A stretch of 27,320 nt of DNA, from NCBI GenBank assembly GCA_012964265.1, contig DTUH01000213.1, forward strand, positions 1 to 27,320, given 5' to 3'. Origin of the DNA: Candidatus Lambdaproteobacteria bacterium. GTDB lineage: Bacteria > SAR324 > NAC60-12. The notes beneath the pieces are model-generated. The model saw only the letters and a program-made list of their open reading frames with translations. It ran no database searches and was not told the origin of the DNA. Below are positions 8,844-18,235 of the stretch, one piece after another. A program made the position numbers and the translations under genes. Every line of letters starts with the position of its first letter. Within the stretch, counting starts at the first letter, position 1.

Positions 8844-9431
8844 TCAAGAGGAGTTCTCCAACAAAAACTCAACTGCGTCCCATAAATCAGCTTTCCAATA
8901 ATCCGGCTCCGCGGACGCCTTTCCGTCCTGACCGGCATGTCCGGTACGTACTCCGATAGAGCATGTTCCCCATTTCGCTGCTGCCGCAAAATCACCGATC
9001 GAGTCTCCAATTAAAACTGATTCCGCCGCAGAAAATCCATGTTCCGCTGCAGCCTGTTCGAGCAGTAAGGTTCCAGGTTTACGGCAAGCGCACGGCTTAG
9101 GTTCTTTTCTTCGCTGACCATTTTTCCAGTCAGGATGATGCGGACAATAATATTGTCCGTCAATATGCGCTCCGGATTTTTCCAGTTCGGACCCCATTTT
9201 TGCAGTTATAGTTTGAAAGACGGTCTCACTCAAATCACCTCTGGCAAACGCTGCCTGATTCGTAATCACGAAACACTGCCAGCCCTTAGCATTAAGACGG
9301 GCCACAGCAGCGGCGCTTTTCGGAATCATCACAAACTGCTCCGGAGTCAGTATCGGTCCTGGCTCCTGATTGATTACACCGTCACGGTCCAAAAGGATGA
9401 CACGTAATTTTTTTGCAGTATACTTTAGCAT
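8844..9431 (-). CDS. gmhB: D,D-heptose-1,7-bisphosphate phosphatase-like HAD-IIIA hydrolase
   Basis: LDRDGVIN, ITNQ, zinc-binding CPHHP...CACRKP and IGDSIGD motifs. Confidence 0.82.
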   Translation of the reverse strand: MLKYTAKKLRVILLDRDGVINQEPGPILTPEQFVMIPKSAAAVARLNAKGWQCFVITNQAAFARGDLSETVFQTITAKMGSELEKSGAHIDGQYYCPHHPDWKNGQRRKEPKPCACRKPGTLLLEQAAAEHGFSAAESVLIGDSIGDFAAAAKWGTCSIGVRTGHAGQDGKASAEPDYWKADLWDAVEFLLENSS

Positions 9432-9470
9432 TGATTTGATTCCATTCAGAGTGTCAAAACGTTGGTTTGG

Positions 9471-10535
9471 CTATTTTTCCGAAGCATTAGCTAACTCCCG
9501 CACTGCATCAAAGAACTGAGGCCACTTTCGTTGCTGTTCTTCAAAAAGAAGCGCGAATTCTTCTACTCGACTTTGGTAACGCTGCACACCAAGCAAATGA
9601 GTGTTGTTCAGTTTTTGTTTAAACCAGTTGTCATAGGAAAGTACTTGAAATTCATTTTTTTGACTGTCATAATTTTCTCGCAATTTATAAAACAATTCCT
9701 CTTTTTTTTGCAGCTTTACTTCATCCGAAATTTCTGCTGCAAAGATGATTTTCATTTTATCAAAAGTTGTGTTAATCATTTGCCGGAACAGACGACGATC
9801 TTTTTCGGCACTTAAATACCACTGATAAATATTTTCCCTGTTACCCTCAAACAGATCGGTATTTTCAGAGTGAATCAGATATTGCCGCAAACCCTCCTGT
9901 TCTACAAAAACCGCAAAAGATTCATTGAAGGCCGTGTCGTTGTTAACATAAACAACTTGGTGAGCCATTTCGTGAATCAGGGTCGCAATCAATTCTGCAT
10001 CACGCTGGAGCAGAAAAGTACTGAGTACGGGATCCGAAAAATAATTCGGCAGCCAGGGTTTGTTGAGCCAGCCAAGTGTAGAGTAGGCGGTAACCGGTTC
10101 TACCGAAACATCAAGCTCCTGCTGCTTCATTTCTGCAGCGTATGAGTGGGCATCGTTCTCATCAAAGTAGCCGCGGTATTCCTGACAGCCTGCAAACCAG
10201 TAACACCATTGATATGCTTTCAATTCAAGAGGGGGTGCCGCCGTTACTACCATCGTCACATAAGGACGCCCCAGGTCAACATAACCGGTGTAGCCTTCAT
10301 TATCCGGAAGAGCCATTTCCACAATTACGAAAGTCCTGACACTTTCCACCAGTTTCAGTTTTTGTTTTAATTCCGGAGATGTTTCAGGAGAATTCAGCAA
10401 CTCACGAATATCCTGCTTGCGGTTCAGCAGGTCGAGGTGTCCGGAAGCGGCCTGCCAATAAAATCCCAGGTCTGAGCAGCCGCTTAAGATAAATACTGCT
10501 CCAAGAGATAATAGTAAAACGGTCCAGGCACGCAC
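9471..10535 (-). CDS. Predicted zinc aminopeptidase lipoprotein
   Basis: Lipobox ILSGC, zincin HEMAH with downstream NESFA, and WCYWFAGCQEYRGYF and AYSTLGW motifs of the predicted-aminopeptidase family. Confidence 0.82.
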   Translation of the reverse strand: MRAWTVLLLSLGAVFILSGCSDLGFYWQAASGHLDLLNRKQDIRELLNSPETSPELKQKLKLVESVRTFVIVEMALPDNEGYTGYVDLGRPYVTMVVTAAPPLELKAYQWCYWFAGCQEYRGYFDENDAHSYAAEMKQQELDVSVEPVTAYSTLGWLNKPWLPNYFSDPVLSTFLLQRDAELIATLIHEMAHQVVYVNNDTAFNESFAVFVEQEGLRQYLIHSENTDLFEGNRENIYQWYLSAEKDRRLFRQMINTTFDKMKIIFAAEISDEVKLQKKEELFYKLRENYDSQKNEFQVLSYDNWFKQKLNNTHLLGVQRYQSRVEEFALLFEEQQRKWPQFFDAVRELANASEK

Positions 10536-10558
10536 AGCTAAATTATTTTAATGGGAAA

Positions 10559-12637
10559 TTAGTTCAGGAATTTTATAAATTCGGATGCAGGTTTCAAAAT
10601 TCCGGCATGTTTATTCAACAGTTTGTCATCTGCGTCGAGAATCACGTACAAGGGAAGGGCGACGGTTTTGAAGCGTTTGATTTGCATTTGTTGGTTCTCT
10701 ACTGCTTTTTCACCTCCATCAGTGTAAAGCTGAAGCAATACAAAATTCTGTTGAAAACGGTCCATCACGTCCGGATGGGAAAAAATGTTTTTTTCCATCC
10801 AGCGGCAGTTAACGCATGTGTATCCGGTAAAGTCAATAAACACCCGTTTGTTTGCTGCTTTTGCCTGTTTTAAGGCCACAGACAAATCGTTTTGCCAGGG
10901 CAAAGAAAACGCTTTAATTTCTCCTGAACTTCCAGAACTTGCTGTATAACCAGGTCTGGTTTCTGAAAATGTTTGCAGCACCGGCGGTAAGTAGGTATCT
11001 ACCCACGGGTTGAGTGGCACGCCAACCAATCCTCGCACCAGATAAATTCCCAACATGGCAAAAAGGAAAGCAGTGGCAAATCCGGTACCTCCTGTTTTTT
11101 CAACACGAACATGATGTATTTTTACAGCACCTAATAAAAACAGTGCCCCAATTACGCAAAGTACAACCCACGCCGCCAAAACAAAATCTCTATCAATCAC
11201 ACCCAGCTGCCAAACTAAATCTGAGTTGCTGAAAAATTTGAAAGCCGCTGCCAGTTCAAGTAAACCCAAAATGATTTTCAGGTGCTGCATCCAGTTTCCA
11301 GACTTGGATTGCATCGACTGGATAAGACGCGGAAAAATTCCCAGCAAGAAAAAAGGGAAAGCAAAAATAGTTGAGAAAACTAACATTCCCACAATGGGCC
11401 AAAACCACATTCCCTGAGAAGCGGCAATCAACATGGTTCCCACAAATTGTACGGTACAAGTGAAAGAAGTCAGTGTGAAGGCAAGTCCCATTGCCAGTAC
11501 CCCCGCCGTTCCACTCAAATGTCTTGACCAGCGATCCGCAATATTTCCCAATCCACCCGGTGCATTCAATTGTATAAAACCCATCAGGCTGAAAGCAAAA
11601 AGAGTGAACATTGCGCCAATCGCCAAATTGACCCAGCCATTTGTGGCAAACTGCACCGCACCCGCTGCCCCCAAAACCATAGAAAGCAACATGCCTGTAA
11701 CCGTGTAGGTTCCCACGATTCCCGCGCCAAAAAGGGCAGCCAGTCGTAATGTTTCTCTGGCGTTTGCATCACCCTGTTTTGTGAAAAAAGCGACTGTGAC
11801 CGGAATCATCGGAAAAACACAGGGTGTCAGCAAAGCCAATAATCCTGCAATGACCGCCAGTCCAATAAAACTCCAAAAACCTTCCTTGAGTGCATCTTCA
11901 ATTTCAGAAATCTCTTCCGGAGGATTATCAACCGCAAACTGTGGAATTTTAAATTCAGCACGGACGATTCCTGTACCAAGTGGAATTTGGAGGGAAAACT
12001 GCTCAGTTTTTGGAGGAAGGCAAACACGGTCGCTGCACGCTTGATAACTTAGATTTCCATTGTAGCTTAAAACATTACCACCGCTTAACTCTTCAGGAAT
12101 TTGTATGTTTTGGAATAAAGTAACTTTCTCTTCGTGAAAGCTCAACACCATATCCAGGACTGGATCCGGAGCCGTTATAGGATTGCTTTCGTAAACTGGG
12201 CCGATTAATAGCAGCGACTCATCTTTGATCGTCAATGTGGTGGGAATTGGAGCGAAATCACCATCACCCGGAATCACGGAAAAAACGTGCCAGCCCTGCT
12301 GAATTTGCAAATCCAAAATAAGACGGGCATGTTCTCCCGGACGAGGTTTCTCAGGTTCGAGCATTACCTGAAAAGAAACAACGTTTTCAGGAATTTCAAA
12401 GTCATCATCAAACTGAGCAATCGCGGTGGTTAGCAACCAGGGGGTGAACAGCAAAATCAAAAACATTATCTGCCCCAGCAAAAGCATTGATTTGCCTGGA
12501 CTTGATTTAGCTCGATTAAAGGGGGGCATGATTTGTGGGTTTTTGGAGTTGGCTTTAAATTGCGCAGCTAAGGCAAGTAAAAAAGACAGTAGGGAAAATC
12601 TGCTGAAACTGCTGCCAAAACTTTTTGAACTTAGCAT
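10559..12637 (-). CDS. dsbD: DsbD-family thiol:disulfide interchange protein (N-domain, CcdA-like membrane domain, thioredoxin domain)
   Basis: YQACSDRVCLPP, TPCVFPMIP, SFTCTVQF and DFTGYTCVNC. The true start is probably downstream (ATG 12529 or 12487). Confidence 0.88.
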   Translation of the reverse strand: MLSSKSFGSSFSRFSLLSFLLALAAQFKANSKNPQIMPPFNRAKSSPGKSMLLLGQIMFLILLFTPWLLTTAIAQFDDDFEIPENVVSFQVMLEPEKPRPGEHARLILDLQIQQGWHVFSVIPGDGDFAPIPTTLTIKDESLLLIGPVYESNPITAPDPVLDMVLSFHEEKVTLFQNIQIPEELSGGNVLSYNGNLSYQACSDRVCLPPKTEQFSLQIPLGTGIVRAEFKIPQFAVDNPPEEISEIEDALKEGFWSFIGLAVIAGLLALLTPCVFPMIPVTVAFFTKQGDANARETLRLAALFGAGIVGTYTVTGMLLSMVLGAAGAVQFATNGWVNLAIGAMFTLFAFSLMGFIQLNAPGGLGNIADRWSRHLSGTAGVLAMGLAFTLTSFTCTVQFVGTMLIAASQGMWFWPIVGMLVFSTIFAFPFFLLGIFPRLIQSMQSKSGNWMQHLKIILGLLELAAAFKFFSNSDLVWQLGVIDRDFVLAAWVVLCVIGALFLLGAVKIHHVRVEKTGGTGFATAFLFAMLGIYLVRGLVGVPLNPWVDTYLPPVLQTFSETRPGYTASSGSSGEIKAFSLPWQNDLSVALKQAKAANKRVFIDFTGYTCVNCRWMEKNIFSHPDVMDRFQQNFVLLQLYTDGGEKAVENQQMQIKRFKTVALPLYVILDADDKLLNKHAGILKPASEFIKFLN

Positions 12638-12657
12638 CAGGATAAATTAAGCATCGC

Positions 12658-12984
12658 TTACTCGTCAGTTCCTACGAGTATCGGCTCCATACGCATTGCA
12701 GGGCTGCCATTCCTTACCCAAAGGCGTACCCGTTCGACAGTCACGCCGTTCGGCTTTGTGATACTGGAAAGTTCTTCCGCATAAATAATGTCTTCTGACC
12801 TGAATTCAAAAACGTCACCCCGGGATTCCAGCGGACTCGACAGCAACAAAAGCATTTTCGGATTGTAGTGTGGACGCAGCGCACCACAAAATGGAGTTGA
12901 TTCCTGCTCCAAAGTATCGGAACGTCCGCTCCGCTTTTGTATTTCGTAATACTTTCCTTCTTCAAGTAACTTGACAAAGCTCAT
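12658..12984 (-). CDS. Small conserved hypothetical protein
   Basis: GAGG RBS upstream and tight packing between ilvC and dsbD. It resembles small deltaproteobacterial proteins I recall being labelled 'inorganic pyrophosphatase Ppa', but no PPase catalytic motif is visible. Confidence 0.7.
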   Translation of the reverse strand: MSFVKLLEEGKYYEIQKRSGRSDTLEQESTPFCGALRPHYNPKMLLLLSSPLESRGDVFEFRSEDIIYAEELSSITKPNGVTVERVRLWVRNGSPAMRMEPILVGTDE

Positions 12985-13002
12985 ACTAACCTCAAAGAAC
13001 GC

Positions 13003-14046
13003 TTATAAATTTTCCGGACGCAATTGACGTAATACCTTTCCGGCCTGCCACATTTCCTGATTGCTGACTTCCTCAAGTTCGATTTCCAGTTTTTCCCGGT
13101 AATCCGCTTGAGAGTTTGAATCAATGGATACTTTCGCCTCAGTTCCATCCAGTACACTTTGGTAACACTTTTCAACCACAGGTTTTATTGCATCCCGAAA
13201 ACGCGGCGCCCAATCGAGCGCACCACGTTGAGCAGTTGTCGAGCAGTTGGCATACATCCAATCCATGCCTTTTTCCGCCACCAAAGGATAAAGACTCTGC
13301 AGGGCTTCTTCTATTGTTTCATTATAGGCTTCTGAAGGTGAATGTCCATGTTCACGCAAGACTTCATATTGCGCGAGAAATGCTCCTTGAAGCAGTCCCA
13401 TCAAAACACAACGTTCACCTGTGAGATCGCTGTGAACTTCATTTTCAAAGGTAGTTTCAAAAAGGTGTCCGGAACCAATTGCGAATGCTGTGGAAATACA
13501 CCTTTCACGGGCACGTCCGGTGTAATCCTGATGAATCGCATAAGAAGCATTTATTCCGCGTCCTGCCTGAAAATGTGTGCGTACAGTCAGTCCGCTTCCT
13601 TTTGGTGCAACCAAAATTACATCAACATTTTCTGGTGGAATAATGTTTGTATCCTGTTTAAATACGATGCCGAAACCATGTGAGAAATAGAGGGCGTCGC
13701 CATCATTTAAACTTGCTTTAACCATCGGCCAGGCAGAAATTTGTCCGGCATCTGAAAGCAAATATTGTAGAATGGTCCCACGCTTAGCGGCCTCTTCCGT
13801 TTCAAAAAGCGTTTCACCTTCAATCCAACCTTCCGCCAGAGCTTTGTCCCAGCTTCGGCCTTTACGCAGTCCCAAAATAACCTTAAAACCCTGATCCCGC
13901 ATATTCAATCCCTGCCCTCGACCCTGAGGTCCATAACCCAAAATTGCTGTAACTTCATTTCCCAGAATGTTTTTGCATTCTTCTATCGGATAGTCCGAGC
14001 GTTCGACAATGGTTTCCTTTATCCCGTTAATTTCTATGTCCTTCAT
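13003..14046 (-). CDS. ilvC: Ketol-acid reductoisomerase
   Basis: ILGYGPQG, LLSDAGQ, YFSHGF, VAPKGSG, SDLTGER, GHSPSEAYNE and CSTTAQRGALDW. RBS GGAG. Confidence 0.95.
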   Translation of the reverse strand: MKDIEINGIKETIVERSDYPIEECKNILGNEVTAILGYGPQGRGQGLNMRDQGFKVILGLRKGRSWDKALAEGWIEGETLFETEEAAKRGTILQYLLSDAGQISAWPMVKASLNDGDALYFSHGFGIVFKQDTNIIPPENVDVILVAPKGSGLTVRTHFQAGRGINASYAIHQDYTGRARERCISTAFAIGSGHLFETTFENEVHSDLTGERCVLMGLLQGAFLAQYEVLREHGHSPSEAYNETIEEALQSLYPLVAEKGMDWMYANCSTTAQRGALDWAPRFRDAIKPVVEKCYQSVLDGTEAKVSIDSNSQADYREKLEIELEEVSNQEMWQAGKVLRQLRPENL

Positions 14047-14111
14047 TCTTTCTCCAGTTAATAAATATTTTTTTGTTTACAAACGATCTGCTTCAACAAA
14101 TTCTCACCTAC

Positions 14112-14140
14112 ACTATGCCGAATAAAACCGTAAATGTCAA
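14112..14140 (-). promoter_or_regulatory. sigma70-like promoter upstream of ilvC
   Basis: Minus strand TTGACA (14140-14135), N17, CATAGT (14117-14112). Confidence 0.5.
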
Positions 14141-14188
14141 TTCAATCAGCTATTTTACGAGCAAAACAAACTGCTAATTTAGGCTTTT

Positions 14189-16756
14189 TCAGACTGCTTG
14201 TACTTTTTCAGAAGAGGGTGTCGACAGGGAAACCAGCGAGACTTCTGATTCATCTGCGGAAAATTTTACTGCACCATAATCTTTTGAATCGTCAGTCAGT
14301 TCAGTGAGTCGGTGCAGTATTTCTTCACCCGTTGCTGGAAGATTCAGTCGAGGAATCACGTCATTTCTTACACATGATAAAGCATGCTTGACCGCAATCC
14401 AGACGGACAAACAAAGCATCAGCGGAGGTTCACCAACCGCTTTGCTGCGGCGGACGTTGATTTGATGTTGCTGATTTTCGATGGTATCTACATTGAAAAT
14501 TTCCGGAAGATCCTGGATATTTGGAATTTTGTAGGTCGTCGGCGAATAAGACAAGAGCTTACCTTTGTCAGTATAACGCAGCTCTTCGTTTGTTACCCAA
14601 CCCACTCCCTGAATAAAACCTCCGACAATTTGCCCTTTGTCAATTCCCGGATTGATTGATTCACCAATATCAAGCAGCAAATCTGAACGCTCGAGCTTGA
14701 GATGTCCAGTAAAACGGTCAATGAGTACTTCGGAAACGGCCGCACCGGTCGTGTAATAAAAAAATGGTTCGCCTTTCTCTGTATCACGATTGAAATTAAT
14801 TTCAGGCGTCGCATAAAAACCTCTCTCTCCCATACTTACTCTTTCCATAAAAGCCAGTTTTACCAGTTCCTGGAAAGTGATTTTATTTTCCGGAAAGCGA
14901 ACCTTACACCGATCATCATAAATTGTTCCGTTTTCAAAAATAATATGTTCCGGAGATGGATCAAAATCACTATCAGGAGACAACAAATAACGACTCGCAA
15001 ACTCAGTCAAATTCTTCCTGATTTTCCGGCATGCGTTTACCGCAGCCATTCCATTCAAGTCGGTACCCGCGGAAGCGGCGGTCGGTGGCGTGTTGTTGTT
15101 TTTCTCCGTGGAAGTAATCATCATCCGCACATCTTCATAGGATATGGTGAATTCATCAGCCACTAACTGCCTTATTTTGGTATTCAGTCCCTGCCCCATT
15201 TCCGTGCCTCCGGTAGAAACCTGCACCGTACCGTCTCTGAAAACATTTACCAGCGCATTTCCCTGATTGAGAAATTTGGTGGTAAAGGAAATTCCAAACT
15301 TCATCGGTGTTAAAGCAAGTCCACGCAGATGAGTGGTTGACTGTCGGTTAAACTCTTCGACCTCTTTCAAACGCTGCCGATATCCTGATGTATCAGCCAG
15401 TTGATCAATGATTTCCGGAAGAAGATGATTCCGCACAACCTGTCCATATGGAGTGACATTGCGTTCAGCATGAGCATAACAATTGAGACGCCGAATCTCC
15501 AAAGCGTCTTTTTTCAAAACAAGGGCGATTTCCTGAATCATGTTTTCAATATTCGCCATTCCCTGCGGACCTCCGAATCCACGAAATGCTGTATTGGGCG
15601 GAAAGTTTGTTTTGCAGATAGTTCCCTTAAAAATCAGGTTCGGAATGAAATAGGCGTTGTCCGCATGGAATAACGTGCGCTCCAGGATTGCGGTTGACAA
15701 GTCAGCACAAGCTCCGCCGTTGGAGTAAATATCCAAGCTTACTCCGGTAATCTTTCCTTCTGCTGTGAACGCGGCTTTGTAATGAATTTTGTACGGATGC
15801 CTTTTACCGGTGGAACTCATATCGTCGTCTTTGGTGTAAGCTCCCCGAGCCGGTCGCTTGGTTTTTGCGGCCACCAATGCCGCCATGACTGCCGGGATTA
15901 CTGCCTGGGTTTCCTTGCCGCCAAAAGCACCGCCCATGCGTTTGCATACACTAACCACTTCGTGAAATCCCAATCCTAAAGCCTCAGCGACAACTTCCTG
16001 AATTTCGGTTGGATTCTGGCTTGAAGAATGAACATGAATCTCGCCGTGCTCTCCCGGCCAGGCGATTGCGGCTTGAGATTCCAAATAAAATTGTTCCTGA
16101 CCATTGCAGACAAATGTTCCTTGCAAAGTGTGTTCTGCCGCGTTCCAGGCTTTTTCAAAATCACCCTGTTTAAATTCACGGGTAACGCCTAAAAATTGTT
16201 TTGCCGCAAGCGCCTCGTCGATGGTTAAAACCGGAACCAGTTCTTCGATTTCGAGTTGCAGCCTTTTTTTGGCGTGTAGAATCGCTTTCCGGGACTCACC
16301 CGCGATAATCGCGATTGGCTGTCCCACGTATTCCACAACACCTTCTGCCAAAAAGTGTTCATCCTGAATAACCGGTCCATAAAGATTATGTCCTGGAATA
16401 TCCGCACAGGTAAAAACTCCTGCAATACCATCCAGTTGAGCAAGTTCATCGGAATTTAAACTCACAATTTTTCCGTGCGCAACAGGACTTGCGATAAAAT
16501 CGACGATCAATTCGTTTTTTGCGAACGGCAAATCATCCACAAACAAAGCCTCACCTGTTACATGACCTACCGCAGAATCGTGTGGTACCTGTTTTCCAAC
16601 AACTTTCATGGGGTCTCTTTTTTGTTTAGTCGAACTTTCAATAAAATCACGTTTCGGTATATTTCGTGCCGACGTGATATCATCCGCAAACAAATCTTCA
16701 CCGTCCACACTGTCCCGTTCTGAGTCATACGAAACCTGTTTCCCATTCACCTTCAT
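14189..16756 (-). CDS. xdhB: Xanthine dehydrogenase molybdopterin-binding subunit
   Basis: QEQFYLESQ, RMGGAFGGKETQ, NTAFRGFGGPQG, GGTEMGQGL, TAASAGTDLNG and catalytic SKAVGEPP. Confidence 0.95.
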   Translation of the reverse strand: MKVNGKQVSYDSERDSVDGEDLFADDITSARNIPKRDFIESSTKQKRDPMKVVGKQVPHDSAVGHVTGEALFVDDLPFAKNELIVDFIASPVAHGKIVSLNSDELAQLDGIAGVFTCADIPGHNLYGPVIQDEHFLAEGVVEYVGQPIAIIAGESRKAILHAKKRLQLEIEELVPVLTIDEALAAKQFLGVTREFKQGDFEKAWNAAEHTLQGTFVCNGQEQFYLESQAAIAWPGEHGEIHVHSSSQNPTEIQEVVAEALGLGFHEVVSVCKRMGGAFGGKETQAVIPAVMAALVAAKTKRPARGAYTKDDDMSSTGKRHPYKIHYKAAFTAEGKITGVSLDIYSNGGACADLSTAILERTLFHADNAYFIPNLIFKGTICKTNFPPNTAFRGFGGPQGMANIENMIQEIALVLKKDALEIRRLNCYAHAERNVTPYGQVVRNHLLPEIIDQLADTSGYRQRLKEVEEFNRQSTTHLRGLALTPMKFGISFTTKFLNQGNALVNVFRDGTVQVSTGGTEMGQGLNTKIRQLVADEFTISYEDVRMMITSTEKNNNTPPTAASAGTDLNGMAAVNACRKIRKNLTEFASRYLLSPDSDFDPSPEHIIFENGTIYDDRCKVRFPENKITFQELVKLAFMERVSMGERGFYATPEINFNRDTEKGEPFFYYTTGAAVSEVLIDRFTGHLKLERSDLLLDIGESINPGIDKGQIVGGFIQGVGWVTNEELRYTDKGKLLSYSPTTYKIPNIQDLPEIFNVDTIENQQHQINVRRSKAVGEPPLMLCLSVWIAVKHALSCVRNDVIPRLNLPATGEEILHRLTELTDDSKDYGAVKFSADESEVSLVSLSTPSSEKVQAV

Positions 16757-18234
16757 GCCACCTCTTTATTGTCCTGCGTGTCACAACATTCATGAAAAAA
16801 CTTCATCAAAATGTTTTCCGCCAACTGCGACCGATAATCCGAAGATGAGCGGACATCTGAAATTGGACTGATTTCCTCACGAGCCAATTTCCCTGCTTCC
16901 TTGAAAATTGCCAGCACCATCGGTTTACCCTGCAAAAACCTTTCTGTGTTTGGCAAACGCAGAACAACCGGACCCACTCCGCCAAAAGCTAGACGCGCTT
17001 TTTGTATTTTTCCATTTTTCAACTTCAGCAAAATTCCGGCGGTAAAAGTTGAAATATCCAAGTCTTTGCGTTTGGAAACTTTATAGAGTTTCAGTACATC
17101 CTCCACTTCAGGCAGATTCCAGCGAATTCTCGTAATCAGTTCCTCCGGTTTCATTTTAGTTTTTTTATAACCTTGATAAAACTGATTGATCCTGACCCAG
17201 CGTTTTCCCACCGATGCATCCGGTTGTGATCTGCTCAATTCTATTTCCGCGTCAATTACATAAAGGAAAGGGAGGGAGTCCGCAATCGGCGACGCATTTG
17301 CGATGTTCCCGGCCAGTGTTGCAGCGTTCTTGATTTGTCGTGAGGCAAAAATTGAGATGATTTCTGCAAGCTGAGGAAGGTGCTGTTGACAATATTCTCC
17401 CAGTTTTGTCCAAGTCACTCCGGCTCCAACTGTTACGGTTTTATTTTCAATCTCAAGAATTTCCAATCCAGTCAAATGCGTCAGGCTCATTATGCAATTT
17501 GGCTCAATACGCTCTTTGTTCATCTGAACCGAAATATCTGTTCCGCCGGCAACAATGGTCACATGCTGATTTTTTTGCTTAAATTCAAGAGCTTCTTCCA
17601 AAGTCGCAGGCACAAAAAACTGTACTTGTTGAACTGCACCATTCCATTTTTCCTCATACTCACAAAATACTGGTTCAGCAAGTTGTTCCGTAAAATCTGC
17701 AAGCATTTCCTCAGTAGCGAAACGTTTCGAAACTCTGGGAATGGCTTGCTGTTTCAGAGACAAGCCTGCATCGATTATTTGTTCATAGCCGGTACAGCGA
17801 CACAAATTTCCGGTTAAGCCCTCCTGTATGGAATGCCTCGTCAGGGTTTCCTTTGTTTCAAGCATCGCTACCAGCGCCATCACAAATCCCGGTGTACAAT
17901 ATCCACATTGTGATCCAACCGCGTCAACCATCGCTTTTTGTACGGGATGTATTTTTTGTCCCTCGTCCTTCAAGCCTTCCACTGTAATGACGTGAGCACA
18001 ATCCAGTTGAAACAGGTATTGAATACAGCTATCAATTCCCTCATAGTGCAACTCAGAATTCCGGACACGTCCGATGAGTACTGTACAGGAACCGCAGTCA
18101 CCCTCAGCGCAAACTACTTTGGTGCCGACCAAACCTAAATCACATCGTAAAAAATCCGATAGTGATTGAAAACCGCGCACCCCGGAAATTTGGTAGCGCC
18201 GACCATTTACATAAATTAGCAGGTAGTCACGCAT
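16753..18234 (-). CDS. xdhA: Xanthine dehydrogenase small subunit (2x[2Fe-2S] plus FAD)
   Basis: GTKVVCAEGDCGSCTV, QCGYCTPGF, GNLCRCTGY, AGGTD, ATLAGNIANASPIAD and YKVSKR. Stop overlaps the xdhB start as ATGA. Confidence 0.95.
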   Translation of the reverse strand: MRDYLLIYVNGRRYQISGVRGFQSLSDFLRCDLGLVGTKVVCAEGDCGSCTVLIGRVRNSELHYEGIDSCIQYLFQLDCAHVITVEGLKDEGQKIHPVQKAMVDAVGSQCGYCTPGFVMALVAMLETKETLTRHSIQEGLTGNLCRCTGYEQIIDAGLSLKQQAIPRVSKRFATEEMLADFTEQLAEPVFCEYEEKWNGAVQQVQFFVPATLEEALEFKQKNQHVTIVAGGTDISVQMNKERIEPNCIMSLTHLTGLEILEIENKTVTVGAGVTWTKLGEYCQQHLPQLAEIISIFASRQIKNAATLAGNIANASPIADSLPFLYVIDAEIELSRSQPDASVGKRWVRINQFYQGYKKTKMKPEELITRIRWNLPEVEDVLKLYKVSKRKDLDISTFTAGILLKLKNGKIQKARLAFGGVGPVVLRLPNTERFLQGKPMVLAIFKEAGKLAREEISPISDVRSSSDYRSQLAENILMKFFHECCDTQDNKEVA

Positions 18235-18235
18235 T

